A stretch of DNA of 6,826 nt, from IMG/VR virus record IMGVR_UViG_2693429599_000001, positions 1 through 6,826 of that record. The stretch is one strand, 5' to 3'. Every line of letters begins with the position of its first letter. Within the stretch, counting starts at the first letter, position 1. Of the stretch, positions 6,208 through 6,826 are shown one piece after another. Under the pieces are notes generated by a model. The model saw nothing but the letters and a program-made list of their open reading frames with translations. It was not told the DNA's origin and did not search any database. A program made the translations under genes and the position numbers. Source of the DNA: a virus (Duplodnaviria; Heunggongvirae; Uroviricota; Caudoviricetes).

Positions 6208-6772
6208 CATCCGGCGCGGTGCTCGTATCTGTTGCCGTCACCGCGTCAATGTAATCAAGCACGGCGTTAAGCCGGGTGGTTTCTGCCTGCGTCAGCTTCC
6301 GCCCGGCCTGTAATTTCAGCTGAATCAGGCTGATGGAAGCCATTGCAGCATCAATCAGTGACTGGCGCTGTGCTTCTGCCGCTTCTACTGCGGCACCGTG
6401 TTGTGCCTCAGTATCTGTCACCCATTTCTCACCATCCCATTTATCATATGGCGTTAACGGTGAAAGCGTGACATAACCGTTTTTGATGGCACCGATATAA
6501 TCCACTGTAACAGCTGCGCCATTTTCGATTGAGTAAACAGTCTCATTGCGATGGTCTTCTTCATGGCTCCATCCCTTACCTGTAAATACTGCCACTCTTC
6601 CCGGAATGTTTTCGCCAGGGTCAATACCAGTGGAACAGGCGGGCATACTTACGCCAGTATTAATATATTCATCAGACCAGCCCGTATACTCAGATGTTTC
6701 AGCATCATAATAAAAACAACGCATATCGCCCGGCACTGTAGCCAGCCCATTTTCATCAAAAACAGGTTTCAT
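6179..6772 (-). CDS. Tail fibre assembly protein (Tfa) partnered with the minus-strand fibre gene upstream
   Basis: ORF-track protein MKPVFDENGLATVPGDMRCFYYDAETSEY...LDYIDAVTATDTSTAPDVIWPELPEA; GAGGG ribosome-binding site upstream; converges on the plus-strand tfa with a 29-bp 3' overlap (6179-6207). Confidence 0.85.
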   Translation of the reverse strand: MKPVFDENGLATVPGDMRCFYYDAETSEYTGWSDEYINTGVSMPACSTGIDPGENIPGRVAVFTGKGWSHEEDHRNETVYSIENGAAVTVDYIGAIKNGYVTLSPLTPYDKWDGEKWVTDTEAQHGAAVEAAEAQRQSLIDAAMASISLIQLKLQAGRKLTQAETTRLNAVLDYIDAVTATDTSTAPDVIWPELPEA

Positions 6773-6826
6773 TATTTAGCCCTCACCAGAAAGTTAAATG
6801 CAATGTTACGTGGTCTGACGGCAATA
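6772..6826 (-). CDS. Extreme 3' end of the upstream minus-strand gene, presumably the expressed tail fibre (P2 H equivalent); partial, frame unresolved
   Basis: Two minus-strand frames are open to the window edge: one ends with TGA at 6785-6783 (...LPSDHVTLHLTFW), the other with TAA at 6774-6772 overlapping the tfa ATG as TAATG (...NFLVRAK). Gene order H then G is expected from P2. Confidence 0.3.
   Translation of the reverse strand, partial: IAVRPRNIAFNFLVRAK

Noticed and set aside
5899-6313. ORFs 5899-6210 (-) and 6089-6313 (+)
   Set aside because: Antisense to the two tail-fibre assembly genes; no independent support.
1-6826. tRNA or rRNA genes, CRISPR arrays, IS elements or an integrase
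   Set aside because: No short regularly spaced repeats, no cloverleaf-like or rRNA-like stretches, and no transposase or integrase-like reading frames are visible; the only recombinase is the serine invertase.

Overview
This window is a segment of a P2-like myovirus prophage (enterobacterial type) spanning the junction between the tail-fibre module and the sheath/tube/tape-measure operon. No searches were run; protein identities rest on reading the translations and on recalled P2 proteins. On the minus strand, in the direction of late transcription, lie the extreme 3' end of the upstream fibre gene (window edge), a tail-fibre assembly gene (6179-6772), a serine DNA invertase of the Hin/Gin/Cin/Pin family (3793-4386), tail sheath FI (2543-3733), tail tube FII (2012-2530), chaperone E with its programmed -1 frameshift extension E' (1528-1955), and the first 511 codons of tape measure T (1-1535). 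On the plus strand, between the invertase and the minus-strand tfa, sits an oppositely oriented alternative fibre cassette: a 5'-truncated fibre gene (4902-5771) followed by its own tfa (5773-6207), convergent with the minus-strand tfa. The unusual part is two Hin-type 26-bp crossover sites in direct orientation (4442-4467 and 5410-5435), each followed from its central TT by an identical 429-bp block (4454-4882 and 5422-5850). This is not the canonical two-site inverted arrangement of the Mu G, P1 C or e14 P segments; it points to a multi-site switch or a recent duplication, with assembly chimerism as the alternative. No tRNA, rRNA, CRISPR array or obvious defence gene is present.
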